DNA of 63,333 nt, the filler included, from Octopus bimaculoides (taxonomy: Eukaryota): assembly GCF_001194135.2 (NCBI RefSeq). It is 8 parts of 8 records of this genome, joined end to end, with 100 filler letters (N's around TTAATTAATTAA, not from the genome) between each part and the next. Parts side by side here need not be neighbours in the genome. Positions count along the whole stretch, not along the records: positions 49,626 to 57,052 come from NC_069003.1; positions 57,153 to 61,976 come from NC_069000.1; positions 62,077 to 63,333 come from NW_026376001.1; 5 more parts are not named here. One strand, given 5' to 3'. The notes under the pieces were generated by a model that was given only the letters and a program-made list of their open reading frames with translations, did no database searches and was not told where the DNA came from. Positions 52,617 to 63,005 of this stretch are shown here, one piece after another. Within the stretch, counting starts at the first letter, position 1; the number at the start of each line of letters is the position of its first letter. Position numbers and translations under genes: made by a program.

Positions 52617-53439
52617 NNNNNNNNNNNNNNNNNNNNNNNNNNNNNNNNNNNNNNNNNNNNNNNNNNNNNNNNNNNNNNNNNNNNNNNNNNNNNNNNNNNN
52701 NNNNNNNNNNNNNNNNNNNNNNNNNNNNNNNNNNNNNNNNNNNNNNNNNNNNNNNNNNNNNNNNNNNNNNNNNNNNNNNNNNNNNNNNNNNNNNNNNNNN
52801 NNNNNNNNNNNNNNNNNNNNNNNNNNNNNNNNNNNNNNNNNNNNNNNNNNNNNNNNNNNNNNNNNNNNNNNNNNNNNNNNNNNNNNNNNNNNNNNNNNNN
52901 NNNNNNNNNNNNNNNNNNNNNNNNNNNNNNNNNNNNNNNNNNNNNNNNNNNNNNNNNNNNNNNNNNNNNNNNNNNNNNNNNNNNNNNNNNNNNNNNNNNN
53001 NNNNNNNNNNNNNNNNNNNNNNNNNNNNNNNNNNNNNNNNNNNNNNNNNNNNNNNNNNNNNNNNNNNNNNNNNNNNNNNNNNNNNNNNNNNNNNNNNNNN
53101 NNNNNNNNNNNNNNNNNNNNNNNNNNNNNNNNNNNNNNNNNNNNNNNNNNNNNNNNNNNNNNNNNNNNNNNNNNNNNNNNNNNNNNNNNNNNNNNNNNNN
53201 NNNNNNNNNNNNNNNNNNNNNNNNNNNNNNNNNNNNNNNNNNNNNNNNNNNNNNNNNNNNNNNNNNNNNNNNNNNNNNNNNNNNNNNNNNNNNNNNNNNN
53301 NNNNNNNNNNNNNNNNNNNNNNNNNNNNNNNNNNNNNNNNNNNNNNNNNNNNNNNNNNNNNNNNNNNNNNNNNNNNNNNNNNNNNNNNNNNNNNNNNNNN
53401 NNNNNNNNNNNNNNNNNNNNNNNNNNNNNNNTATATATT

Positions 53440-53470
<31 letters not shown>

Positions 53471-54166
53471 ATATATGTATGTATATAAATGTATATATAT
53501 ATGTGTATGTATGTATATATATATATATATATATAAACATGTTTATATCATCAGAATAACGGTCCAAAAACTACTGGTCGGTTGTTGTAGCATTTTGGTG
53601 GAGAGGCGGTGTTCTGTATAATTATGGCGAATTTTTAGTTATTTAATCTTTTTTTATCTGTTATTTTTCTCGTCCTGCTTTTGTTGTTTTTGTTGCTGCT
53701 GCTACTGCTGCTGTCGTCGTTGTTGTTGTTGTTGTTGTTTGCGATGTAAATGTCACTGTATCTAATTATATGGGTTTGAGGAATTTAGGAGGGAAGGTAA
53801 ACGTGAGGGGAGTGATGAAAAAACAAATAAGTAGGGTGGAATAGGAGGAAAATGGCGGTAGGGGAATCTGTATGTTAATTATTTTCGTGTTGTCATATAT
53901 GTGTTTTGAATTATGTTTTTGTATCTATGTGAGTGAGTCAGTATGTGTGTGTGTGTGTGTGTGTGCGTGCGAGGGGTGAGTTGGGGTGTTAGGGTGTGTG
54001 GGTGTGTCTGAGTATGTGTGTGCGTGTGTGCGTGCGTTAGTATTTTGCTTGTGTGTTGTGTGAAAGTGTGTGTGAGAGCATGTGTGTGTGTGTGTGTGTG
54101 CGTGTGTCAGTATGTTTGTTTGTGTGTGTGTGTGTGTGTGTGAATATGTGTGTTTGTGTGTATGTG

Positions 54167-54369
54167 CAAAGGCAAAGTCGAAATCGGTGGAATTTGAACT
54201 AAGAAATTCGCCCGGCGTGCTAACGATTCTGCCGGCTCACCGCCTTCGCTGGACTGGAATAATGTGAAATGAAGAGTCTTGCTCAAAGACAGAACGCCCC
54301 GCCGGGAATCGAACTCACGACTTTACGATCGTGAGATGAGTACTTCTAACCACTAAACCATGTCTTCAC
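54167..54369 (-). mobile_element. Internally deleted SINE A (54167-54248) next to a tRNA-derived SINE family D head (54262-54369)
   Basis: The D head on the minus strand has an A-box TGGTTTAGTGG, a B-box GAGTTCGATTC and CORE-like ctttgagcaagac. A second D copy lies at about 55395-55520. Confidence 0.75.
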
Positions 54370-54389
54370 TTAGATTGATAACATCCAGA

Positions 54390-54510
54390 GTCTAATTTGG
54401 GCATGCTTGAGAATCTAACCAGAAAGTCTAATGACGGTTTCTTCCGATAGGACCTTACGGAGGACGCGCCTGAGGGCTCTGTCCTTACGATCGTTCCATG
54501 TTCCTCTTTT
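54390..54510 (+). mobile_element. RTE 3'-end remnant
   Basis: gcttgagaatctaaccagaaagtctaatgacgg is the reverse complement of 34606-34640 in the RTE copy. Confidence 0.55.
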
Positions 54511-55119
54511 ATTTTTCTCGAAGAAAAATTACGAACCATTGTTTTCCTCCCACGTTTTTTCTCACAGCATCGGAGAAAAAAAATAGATGAAGGAAAAATG
54601 AACTCTCATTGTGGTTTGAAACCCCAACATAAAGCATCGTAATTAAATAACTCGAGGTATTCAAGTGCTGCTAATTAAAGAAACAAAAACATAACAGAAG
54701 GACATAATTTTCATTTGTAACTTTTAAGTTGTTATTGTCAGATTATTTTCAAATTAATTATCGTCTGCTTTATTGAGATTCGGAAACGTTTAACTCGTAT
54801 AAATATTTTCCTCTCTGTTTTATGCAATTTTGTCTTTTGTAACGAACTAATTGACCTTCTTAATTGCATTATTAAGAGCGTTGGAATAAACAGAGCATGC
54901 TTTCATCTTTGTTTTATTAATTAATTAAGGAGGAGCAGCGTCATGGCACTCGTAGGTCTCTCAAATTAGAGACATTGATGTGGTTTATCGTCCTCAGCTG
55001 CAATAGCTGTGGGGAAAAAATAAACGTGTGGGAAGGGAAAGAATGGTTCGCGAGTTCTTTTGTGGAGTTAAATGAATGAGGAACTTGTTTATGTAGAGGA
55101 GGGCCACAGAGAGACAGCA

Positions 55120-55159
<40 letters not shown>

Positions 55160-55160
<1 letters not shown>

Positions 55161-55215
55161 CTTACCATTGGTTGGGTTGGTGAGCTCAATTCAACTAATT
55201 CAACCAATGGTGAGC
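55160..55215 (+). ncRNA. Pre-miRNA-like hairpin (candidate)
   Basis: The 22-nt arms gcttaccattggttgggttggt and actaattcaaccaatggtgagc pair at all 22 positions (4 G.U) around a 12-nt loop. The flanking (GT)n/(AC)n extends the basal stem. Confidence 0.4.
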
Positions 55216-56135
55216 ACACACACATACACACACACACACACACACACGCACACACAAAGGTATGCGCACATACACACTCACGCGCATACATAGCTATCTA
55301 TTATTTATCTATGCATATGTATGTGCGTGTACGTGTGTGTGTAAGTGTGTGTGTGTGTGTGTATGTGTGCATATAGACATACATAATGTCGAAGCGATCA
55401 CAGAGCAACGGGAAATAAAGTGTCTTGCTCAACAACACAGCGTATCGTCCGGACCTGGAATCGAAACCACGACCTCATGATCGTGATTACAATCGCTCTA
55501 ACTACTCGGCCAGGCACCCTCTCTGAACACACACACGCGCGCACGCACACACAGATATATGCATATGTGTGTGTGTGTAAAATGTATGTGTGTGTGTGAG
55601 TAAGCGACAAAATGTCAGAGTGTATGAGAAATGAATATATTTATTGAACAACATGACATCCTTAGGCTTACGGCTGTTTCGCAGTCTTCTTCACTCTGCA
55701 TTGCACTTTTCTGTTTTGGATTACTCTGTAGTCAGATAGCTGAGTCCGTTAGAGGAGCTTTCTGCGATTCTCTGAATCCATATTTTATATACCAATGTAT
55801 AAATCCGTTGACAAAACCACACATACGTGCGCGCGCGCGCGCGTGCACCTGCATGCATATGTGTCAGATGGGCGTGTGCATGCATGATGTCATATTCCTG
55901 TTTTTACAAGTTAGTAAATAAGCGAAATAGATTTAATCTGCTTTGAATTAGAAATAACACGGGTTGTCATTTTTTGTTTGAAGTATCCCGCTTTTAATAA
56001 CAAAAGACTGTGGCATCTGTGGAGCGATATTCTGGTGCAATGACATGCAGCTTGTACAGCAGACATATCGCCACAGTGCATATGACAACATCGCTGCAGT
56101 TTGTTTATTTCGCGTTTAAAGAGAAAACTGGGTAC

Positions 56136-56237
56136 TTTTTCGTAATATTTCTCGTAATATTTCTCGTAATATTTTTCGTCATATTTTTCGTCATATTTTT
56201 CGTCATATTTTTCGTCATATTTTTCGTCATATTTTTT
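56136..56237. repeat. 12-bp minisatellite (TTTTTCGTCATA), 8 copies
   Basis: CGT anchors every 12 bp from 56141 to 56225. The first three units are CGTAATA variants. Confidence 0.95.
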
Positions 56238-56254
56238 GTCTTCTTTCTTTTTCA

Positions 56255-56810
56255 TGTTGCTGTATTTATGTGTGGGTGTATGTACGTGTGCGTGTATATG
56301 TATATGTGTGTGTCTGTGTATATGTGTGTATGTATGTGTTTGCCTGTGTATGTGAATGTGTGCGGATGTATGTATGTACGTATGTGTGTGTTTGTGTAGA
56401 TGAGTATGTGTTTATGCTTACGTATGTGAGTGAGGGCGTATGTATATGTGTGTGTCTGTGTATATGCGTGTATGTATGTGTTTATGCATGCGCATATGTG
56501 TATGTGTGTGTGTCTGTGCATATGTATGTGTGCGTGTCTGTGTATAAGTATGTGTGTATGCGTGTATACGTGTGTATATCTGTGTATGTCTGGGTGCGTG
56601 TGTACGTGTTTGTGTGTGCGTGTAATGTGTGTGCGTTTACGTATATGTTGATTATGTGTAAATGTGTATGCGCGTATGTGCGTATATGTGTGTGCATGTA
56701 TGCATGAGTGTATGTGCGTATAAGTGTGTATGTGTCTGTGCGCATGTATGTATGTGTATATGTGTGTTTGTGTGTATGTGTGAGTGTGTATATATATGTG
56801 CGTATGTGTG
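56255..56810. repeat. Degenerate (TG)/(TGTA) low-complexity tract
   Basis: Read directly. Confidence 0.9.
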
Positions 56811-57152
56811 GGTGGAGATTGGAAAGATCAGCCTAAAATATCACATGCCTTGTAGAAAAGGACATCAAATACAACGCCCGCCCGCCCCCGTCCGTCACCC
56901 CGTCCATTCTGTTGGTGTCGCAGAGAATCTGGTGTTCCTTGGAAGTCAGCCTCCCTTTGCCAAATTAATCATCGCCTGGTGTTAAATGTGATTTCCACAC
57001 AAACACATAGGCACTGAAAGAGCCCTTGTTCTCGACCATAAGCCCCCCCCCCNNNNNNNNNNNNNNNNNNNNNNNNNNNNNNNNNNNNNNNNNNNNTTAA
57101 TTAATTAANNNNNNNNNNNNNNNNNNNNNNNNNNNNNNNNNNNNNNNNNNNN

Positions 57153-57570
57153 GGCCAGTCACGCGGTACTGGCAACAGCCACGCTCAAATGGTGTTCTTT
57201 ACGTGCCACCTGCACAGGAGCTAGTCCAGCGGCACTGGCAATGACCTTGCTCTAATGTCTTTTCACATGCCACCGGCACAAGTGCCAGTAAGGTGATGCT
57301 GGTAATGATCACGCCCACTTGGTGCTTTTTATGTGCCACCGGCACAGAAGCCAGACAGCTGCTCTGGCAATGATCATGCTCGGATGGTGCTGTTAGCGCT
57401 CCACTGGCATGGGTGCCAATCATCGAATTTGGTTTGATTTCGATTTCACTTGCCTCAACAGGTCTTCGCAAGCAGAGTTTAGTGTCCAATGAAGGAAAGG
57501 TTGGCATGGGTGCCAGTCGTCGATTTTGGTTTGATTTCGATTTTACTTGCCTCAGCAGGTCTTTGCAGTA
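57153..57570 (-). mobile_element. SINE family C module with tandem subunits and a 66-bp direct duplication
   Basis: Reverse complement of the 47114 subunits. ggcatgggtgcca...ttggtttgatttcgatt...cttgcctca occurs at about 57407 and about 57503. Confidence 0.8.
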
Positions 57571-58180
57571 TGTGTGTGTGTGTAATAAGTTAAAAATCAT
57601 ATAATAAATGCACAAACAAATGGAAAACACACACAGAAGGTCACCAAATCCTCATCAGTTATCAGCCAAAGAACAAATGCAATTTCACACCTTCAAACAA
57701 TAATATTGCTTCCCCTTTAGTAGTACTGGCAGCAAAGAAGCCACTGGGAAATAGCAAGCCAATGAACAAGCGATCAAACATGACATAAAATGAATAAACA
57801 AACAAGAAATAAATAAACATGCAGTACAGAAAGTGAACATACAAATATGAAGCAAATGCGCAATATACAATATACAAAATAATATTCAAGATAAGATCAT
57901 TAGTGGATGGATGAAGAACAAAGATGAAAACAAACAAGATGAAATGTGGACATACAAATAAAATGAAACGATATAAACAATATAGGGCTGGAACACCATG
58001 TATTTATTATCTCTTATTTTGTTTACATTAAGTGTTATATATATATATAGAAGTTCAATTAGAGGTTAAATAAGCCTCATTGAGGGATAATATTATCCAG
58101 TGAATTTACTGACCTATTTATTTTGAATATCAGTTTTAATACTCAGAAATAGGTAATTAAATAAACCAAAGTTTATATGT

Positions 58181-58310
58181 ATTTAAGAAAAATAACAAAA
58201 TAGAGATAAATCAATTAATAATTATATTTATAGGGATTATGTCTATTTTTGTAATTAATAGATATAATTATTAATTGATTTATCTCTATTTTCTTATTTT
58301 TCTTATATAT
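58181..58310. repeat. About 50-bp AT-rich inverted repeat with a 26-nt loop
   Basis: The core arms 58197-58231 and 58258-58292 differ at one position. Confidence 0.85.
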
Positions 58311-59015
58311 ATATATATATATAANNNNNNNNNNNNNNNNNNNNNNNNNNNNNNNNNNNNNNNNNNNNNNNNNNNNNNNNNNNNNNNNNNNNNNNNNNNN
58401 NNNNNNNNNNNNNNNNNNNNNNNNNNNNNNNNNNNNNNNNNNNNNNNNNNNNNNNNNNNNNNNNNNNNNNNNNNNNNNNNNNNNNNNNNNNNNNNNNNNN
58501 NNNNNNNNNNNNNNNNNNNNNNNNNNNNNNNNNNNNNNNNNNNNNNNNNNNNNNNNNNNNNNNNNNNNNNNNNNNNNNNNNNNNNNNNNNNNNNNNNNNN
58601 NNNNNNNNNNNNNNNNNNNNNNNNNNNNNNNNNNNNNNNNNNNNNNNNNNNNNNNNNNNNNNNNNNNNNNNNNNNNNNNNNNNNNNNNNNNNNNNNNNNN
58701 NNNNNNNNNNNNNNNNNNNNNNNNNNNNNNNNNNNNNNNNNNNNNNNNNNNNNNNNNNNNNNNNNNNNNNNNNNNNNNNNNNNNNNNNNNNNNNNNNNNN
58801 NNNNNNNNNNNNNNNNNNNNNNNNNNNNNNNNNNNNNNNNTATATATATATATATATATTACATCCTATGTAATATTAGAGGGGTGTGAGTTCCATCTTC
58901 CCAGCTGGCTGCTGGCAAATATTTTCTGCTCTTAAAAGGATGTTATCCTTTATATATAAACTGTTCACCTTGATTGTCACCTTGGTTGCCAAATTAATAT
59001 TGGAAAGCTTCATTG

Positions 59016-59016
<1 letters not shown>

Positions 59017-59046
<30 letters not shown>

Positions 59047-59220
59047 TTAATGTCTGCTTTCAATGCTGGTATACTTTCAATGTTGGATGGTTTGACTAGA
59101 ACTGGTTAGCCAGAGAGTGGCACCAGGTTCCAGTCTGATTTGGCATTGTTTCTACAGTTGGATGCCCTTCCTAACACCAACCACTCCAAGAGTGTGACAG
59201 GTGCCTTTTACGTGCCACCA
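59017..59220 (-). mobile_element. SINE family C 3' end
   Basis: (CAT)n tail, ggatgcccttcctaacaccaaccactc, ttttacgtgccacc. Confidence 0.85.
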
Positions 59221-59317
59221 GAATGGGTGCCATTTACATAACCCGTACATTTACATTGTGTCAAATTAAAATTCTGTTTCCCATATCTAACCAGATTTTT
59301 CCGTGTTCCATTTGCAG

Positions 59318-59385
59318 CGCGGGCAACTGTTATGAACATCTTTCGTATTCCACTGAATCTCATTGTGATAACTATCTTACTATTT
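59318..59385 (+). CDS. MFSD5: Molybdate-anion transporter (MFSD5/MOT2 family), late exon
   Basis: ccgtgttccatttgcag|CG CGG...TTT|gtgagt gives RATVMNIFRIPLNLIVITILLF, matching the recalled MOT2/MFSD5 motif R.T.MN.FRIPLN. Confidence 0.85.
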
Positions 59386-59903
59386 GTGAGTATCTTTTGT
59401 CTATTACTTGTTTCAATCATTGGACTGCAGTCATAAAGGGTTTTAGTCAAACAAGTTGAGCTCAGTGCTTATGTTTTTTTTTTTGTTTGTTTTAAGTCTG
59501 ACACTTATTCAGTTGGTGTCTTTTGCCAAACTGCTAAAACCAACACCAGTTATTCACATTGTTTTGAATTAATCATGCATTATCTGGTAGCTTCGAGGTT
59601 TCCATAATGTGATTGCTCATTTTTGGGAGGAAATAGTAGGGGCTGAACCTGGCCTTTTTGGACATAAAATAGGGAGAATATTTTGGCTGGATATGGCCAG
59701 TTTTAATAGTAAAGGGGTAATACATCATCAGCAAGATTATTCTGGTTCCATCATCCTGTCATATTTGAAGAAGAAAAGGGGTTTTGATTTACTTATATCA
59801 ATTGTACTAAATATAAACTTGTGTGTTTAATAATTGATAAATATCAGACTACCAAAATATAATATGTAACATTCTTCTTTTTCTTCTTCTTCTTCTTTTA
59901 CAG

Positions 59904-59983
59904 AATCTTTCTCATGATGTTATCTTTATTTCTTGTTCTGGTTTTCTAATAATAGGATCGATGTTCCAGCACTTCTTATTTAA
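59904..59983 (+). CDS. MFSD5: MFSD5/MOT2-like transporter, next exon (last TM helix)
   Basis: A long (CTT) pyrimidine tract and ttacag|AAT (phase 0) give NLSHDVIFISCSGFLIIGSMFQHFLF. It ends either at AA|gtaggt or at the stop AAG TAG (59985-59987). Confidence 0.75.
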
Positions 59984-60400
59984 GTAGGTGAATCCTTTAC
60001 CAAGTTTTTATAATTTATTGCTGTTATTTTATATATTATTTTGTTGACCACAGGTTCCAAAGAGGCCAATTACTGATTCACTGCATTGACAATGATGAAA
60101 GTAACAAACAAACATCTGTGCAACTCGTACAGAGCAAATATTCGAAGCATTTTTTCTTTTATTTGGAAGTACTGTTTTTCAGTTTTCTCACTGTTGCTTA
60201 TATATTTTCTTTAAAGTTATACATATACACCCACACCACATCATTGTCATTATCATTGTCATTGTGATCGTCATCATTATATCATCATCATGTCTACATT
60301 CTCATGCTTGCACAGATCAGATGGAATTTACTGAGACAAATTTTTATGGATGGTTACCCTTACAGTCACCAAGCCCATAGTATATATATATATATATATA

Positions 60401-60679
60401 CTAGCAGTATAACCCAACCTTGTCCGGGTGTGACTTATTACGCCATCTACGATAAGTCTTGCTAGGTGAAAATCAACTAAAAAAGAAAGCCTTACAACGA
60501 AAAAACCCTTATGATGTAAATATGTTCATAATTCAAAAGATGATGAAATTAATAGGGAAAGTCTGAAGGCTGTTTTGCGTAACATTATCAAGCGTACATA
60601 AATTTCATCCGTCTAATTGGCTATAGAAATGCTTGTGCAAAACAACTTTTTGCGCTGCCACCTGCCTTAATATAGAGGA
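60401..60679 (-). mobile_element. Complete 279-bp non-autonomous Helitron
   Basis: Minus strand A|TCCTCTATATTAAGG...ACCC-ggacaaggtt-GGGT-tatactg-CTAG|T: 5' TC, subterminal hairpin, 3' CTAG, A/T target site and no TSD. Confidence 0.75.
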
Positions 60680-60689
60680 TCGTGTGGAT

Positions 60690-61620
60690 TGCCTCGCCAC
60701 ATGACCCCCCCCCCATTACACTTAAGGACCATAAGCCCAATTTCTTCTCCAATCCCAAATGCAGGTTGATCAACCCCTCCAAAAGCGAGATAGGTATCAT
60801 TAGCAAGTGTATTCTTGATACTATCAACTCTGACATTAGAAGGGCTACAGGGTTGACTCAATGCAACTCCAGTGCAGCCGTGATCAACTGGTTCTGTGGT
60901 ATGGTGAATGAATCAGCCTTCAGATTCACCCAGTTTGACATTGTTGACTTCTACCATTCCATATCTAAGCCCTTCCTCCTGAAGGCCCTAAATTTTGCTG
61001 AGTAATACACCAGCATGAGTGATCTTGATATCAGAATCATCATGAATGCCAGAAAGCCAACTCTGGTGTCCACGACAATTCCTTCTGGGTGAAGAAAGAA
61101 GGTGATCCATTATTCAATGTCTCTATGGGGAGCTTTGGCAGGGCTGAAATCGCTGACCTCATTGGGTAATACATTCTGGATACCCTCAAGAGATGTACCC
61201 ATCCACACTGGTCAACCTTCTATAGGGACAACAGTTTGGGTATCTCATGCCATATGAATGGCCATACCATGGACAGGTTCAGGAAGGACTTGATAAAAAT
61301 ATTCAAGGAGCTCAGCCTGTCCGTAATGGTTACCACCAACCTGACTGCTGTTGATTTCTTGGACGTAACCTTAGACCTGAACATGGGCTAGTTTTACCCC
61401 TACAAGAAGCCTAACAAGGAAATGGTATGCATCCACAAGAGCTCAAACCACCCCCACCACTGTAATTAGAAACCTGGTTTCAGGCATTAGCAAACAGGTA
61501 TCTAGTTTCTTAGCCAACAGGGAGATCTTTAATACACCAATGCTTTGGCTAAGAGCAGGTTTACTGAGAAGTTCATATATGTATATGATCCCCAAACCCC
61601 CTCTCCTCACCCTGAGAGGA
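60690..61620 (+). mobile_element. Penelope-like element (PLE) reverse transcriptase, inactivated
   Basis: ITLKDHKPNF.SNPKCRLINPSKSEIG.ISK.ILD.IN, FDIVDFY, FNVSMGSF..AEI.DL.G, FYRDN (YRDD mutated), VDFLDVTLDL, YPYKKPN...IHKSSNHP. Stops and frameshifts; no endonuclease domain retained. Confidence 0.88.
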
Positions 61621-61644
61621 TTAGGAAATGGAAATTTGTTAGAA

Positions 61645-61976
61645 TAGTTTCATGTGGCAGTGTGGTAAGAAGTTTGCTTGCCAACCACATGGTTCTGAGT
61701 TGAGTCTCACAGCATGGTACCTTGGGCAAGTGTCTTCTACTATAGCCTTCAGCTAATCAAAGCCTTCTAAGTGCATTTTCATCATCATCATCATCATCGT
61801 TTAACGTCCGCTTTCCATGCTAGCATGGGTTGGACGATTTGACTGAGGACTGGTGAAACCGGATGGCAACACCAGGCTCCAGTCTGATTTGGCAGAGTTT
61901 CTACAGCTGGGTGCCCTTCCTAACGCCAACCACTCAGAGAGTGTAGTGGGTGCTTTTACGTGTCACCCGCACGAAA
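61645..61976. mobile_element. SINE B-type head (+, about 61645-61780) abutting a SINE C 3' end (-, about 61781-61976)
   Basis: gtgtggtaagaag...accttgggcaagtgtcttctactatagcc, then (cat)n cgtttaacgtccgctttccatgc...gggtgcccttcctaacgcc. Confidence 0.85.
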
Positions 61977-62076
61977 NNNNNNNNNNNNNNNNNNNNNNNN
62001 NNNNNNNNNNNNNNNNNNNNTTAATTAATTAANNNNNNNNNNNNNNNNNNNNNNNNNNNNNNNNNNNNNNNNNNNN

Positions 62077-63005
62077 TTATTTTATCGACCCTGAAAGAAT
62101 GAAAAGCATAGTCGACCTTGGCGGGATTTGAACTCAGAATGTAATGGCGTAAAGACAGACGAAACGCTGCCAAGCATTTTATTCATAAAGCCAGACAAAA
62201 TGGTTCACGACATTTCTTCCGGTTTTACGTTCTGGGCTCACATTCCGCCGAGGCCGACTTTGCCCTGCATACCTTCCGGGGTCGATCAAATAGTACCAAC
62301 TGAACAATTCGATCGATGTAATCGACTTACCCGCCCTTCAAAATTACTAGCCTTGTACCTAACATAGAAAGGAAAAATTATCAGAGAGATAAAGGCTCTG
62401 AGTTGGCAGGATGGTGCGAGCGACGCAAAAAGTGCTTTGCTGTATCTCTTCCAGCTCTATACGTTCTGGGATCAAATCCCATGGAGGTCAGCTTTGCTTT
62501 TATCCCACAAGTGTCGATAAAATAGATCAAGTACATCGACTAAGCCCCTACCCTCACTTCAGAATTACTGAACAATTGTTTTTGGGCGGTGGATTACTAG
62601 TAGCGGCAATTCTAACTTCAAATTCTTGGCATTCCAAGTTCAAATAACGCCGAGATCAAATTTGTCTTTCATCCTTCCGACTTCGATAAAATTAAATACC
62701 AATCAAGTACTGGAGTCGATGTAATCGACTTGCCTTTCACCTAAAATTACTGACCTTGTGCCAAATTTAGAAAGAATTTACGCTGTGAACTTGTAAAATC
62801 CTTAACACTTCGGACAAAATAAGTAACAGCATTTCATCCGGCTCTTTATGTTCTGAGTTTAAAATTCTGCCGAGACCAACTTTGCCTTTCATACATTTTG
62901 GGGTCGATGAAATCAGTCCCGGTTGGACACTAGAGTCAATGTAATTGACAAATCCCTTACTCCTGCAAAATTTCAAGCCTTGTGCTTACAGTAGAAAAGA
63001 TTAGT
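62077..63005. mobile_element. Cluster of five diverged SINE A copies (one minus, four head-to-tail plus)
   Basis: Recurring B-box/gtcgat/aatcgact bodies and ccttgt(a/g)c...tagaaa tails ending at about 62375, 62560, 62780 and 63003. Confidence 0.75.

Noticed and set aside
52584-53621. Long ORFs containing X runs (e.g. 345 aa, 274 aa, 256 aa)
   Set aside because: Open only because Ns cannot form stop codons.
55911-56255. KYDE-repeat ORF on the minus strand
   Set aside because: Produced by the 12-bp minisatellite. No convincing splice sites or recognisable domain.
57691-57743. Minus-strand LLFEG resembling the MFSD5 QSLFEG motif
   Set aside because: Wrong strand for the MFSD5-like gene, and its phase does not connect to the minus-strand model.
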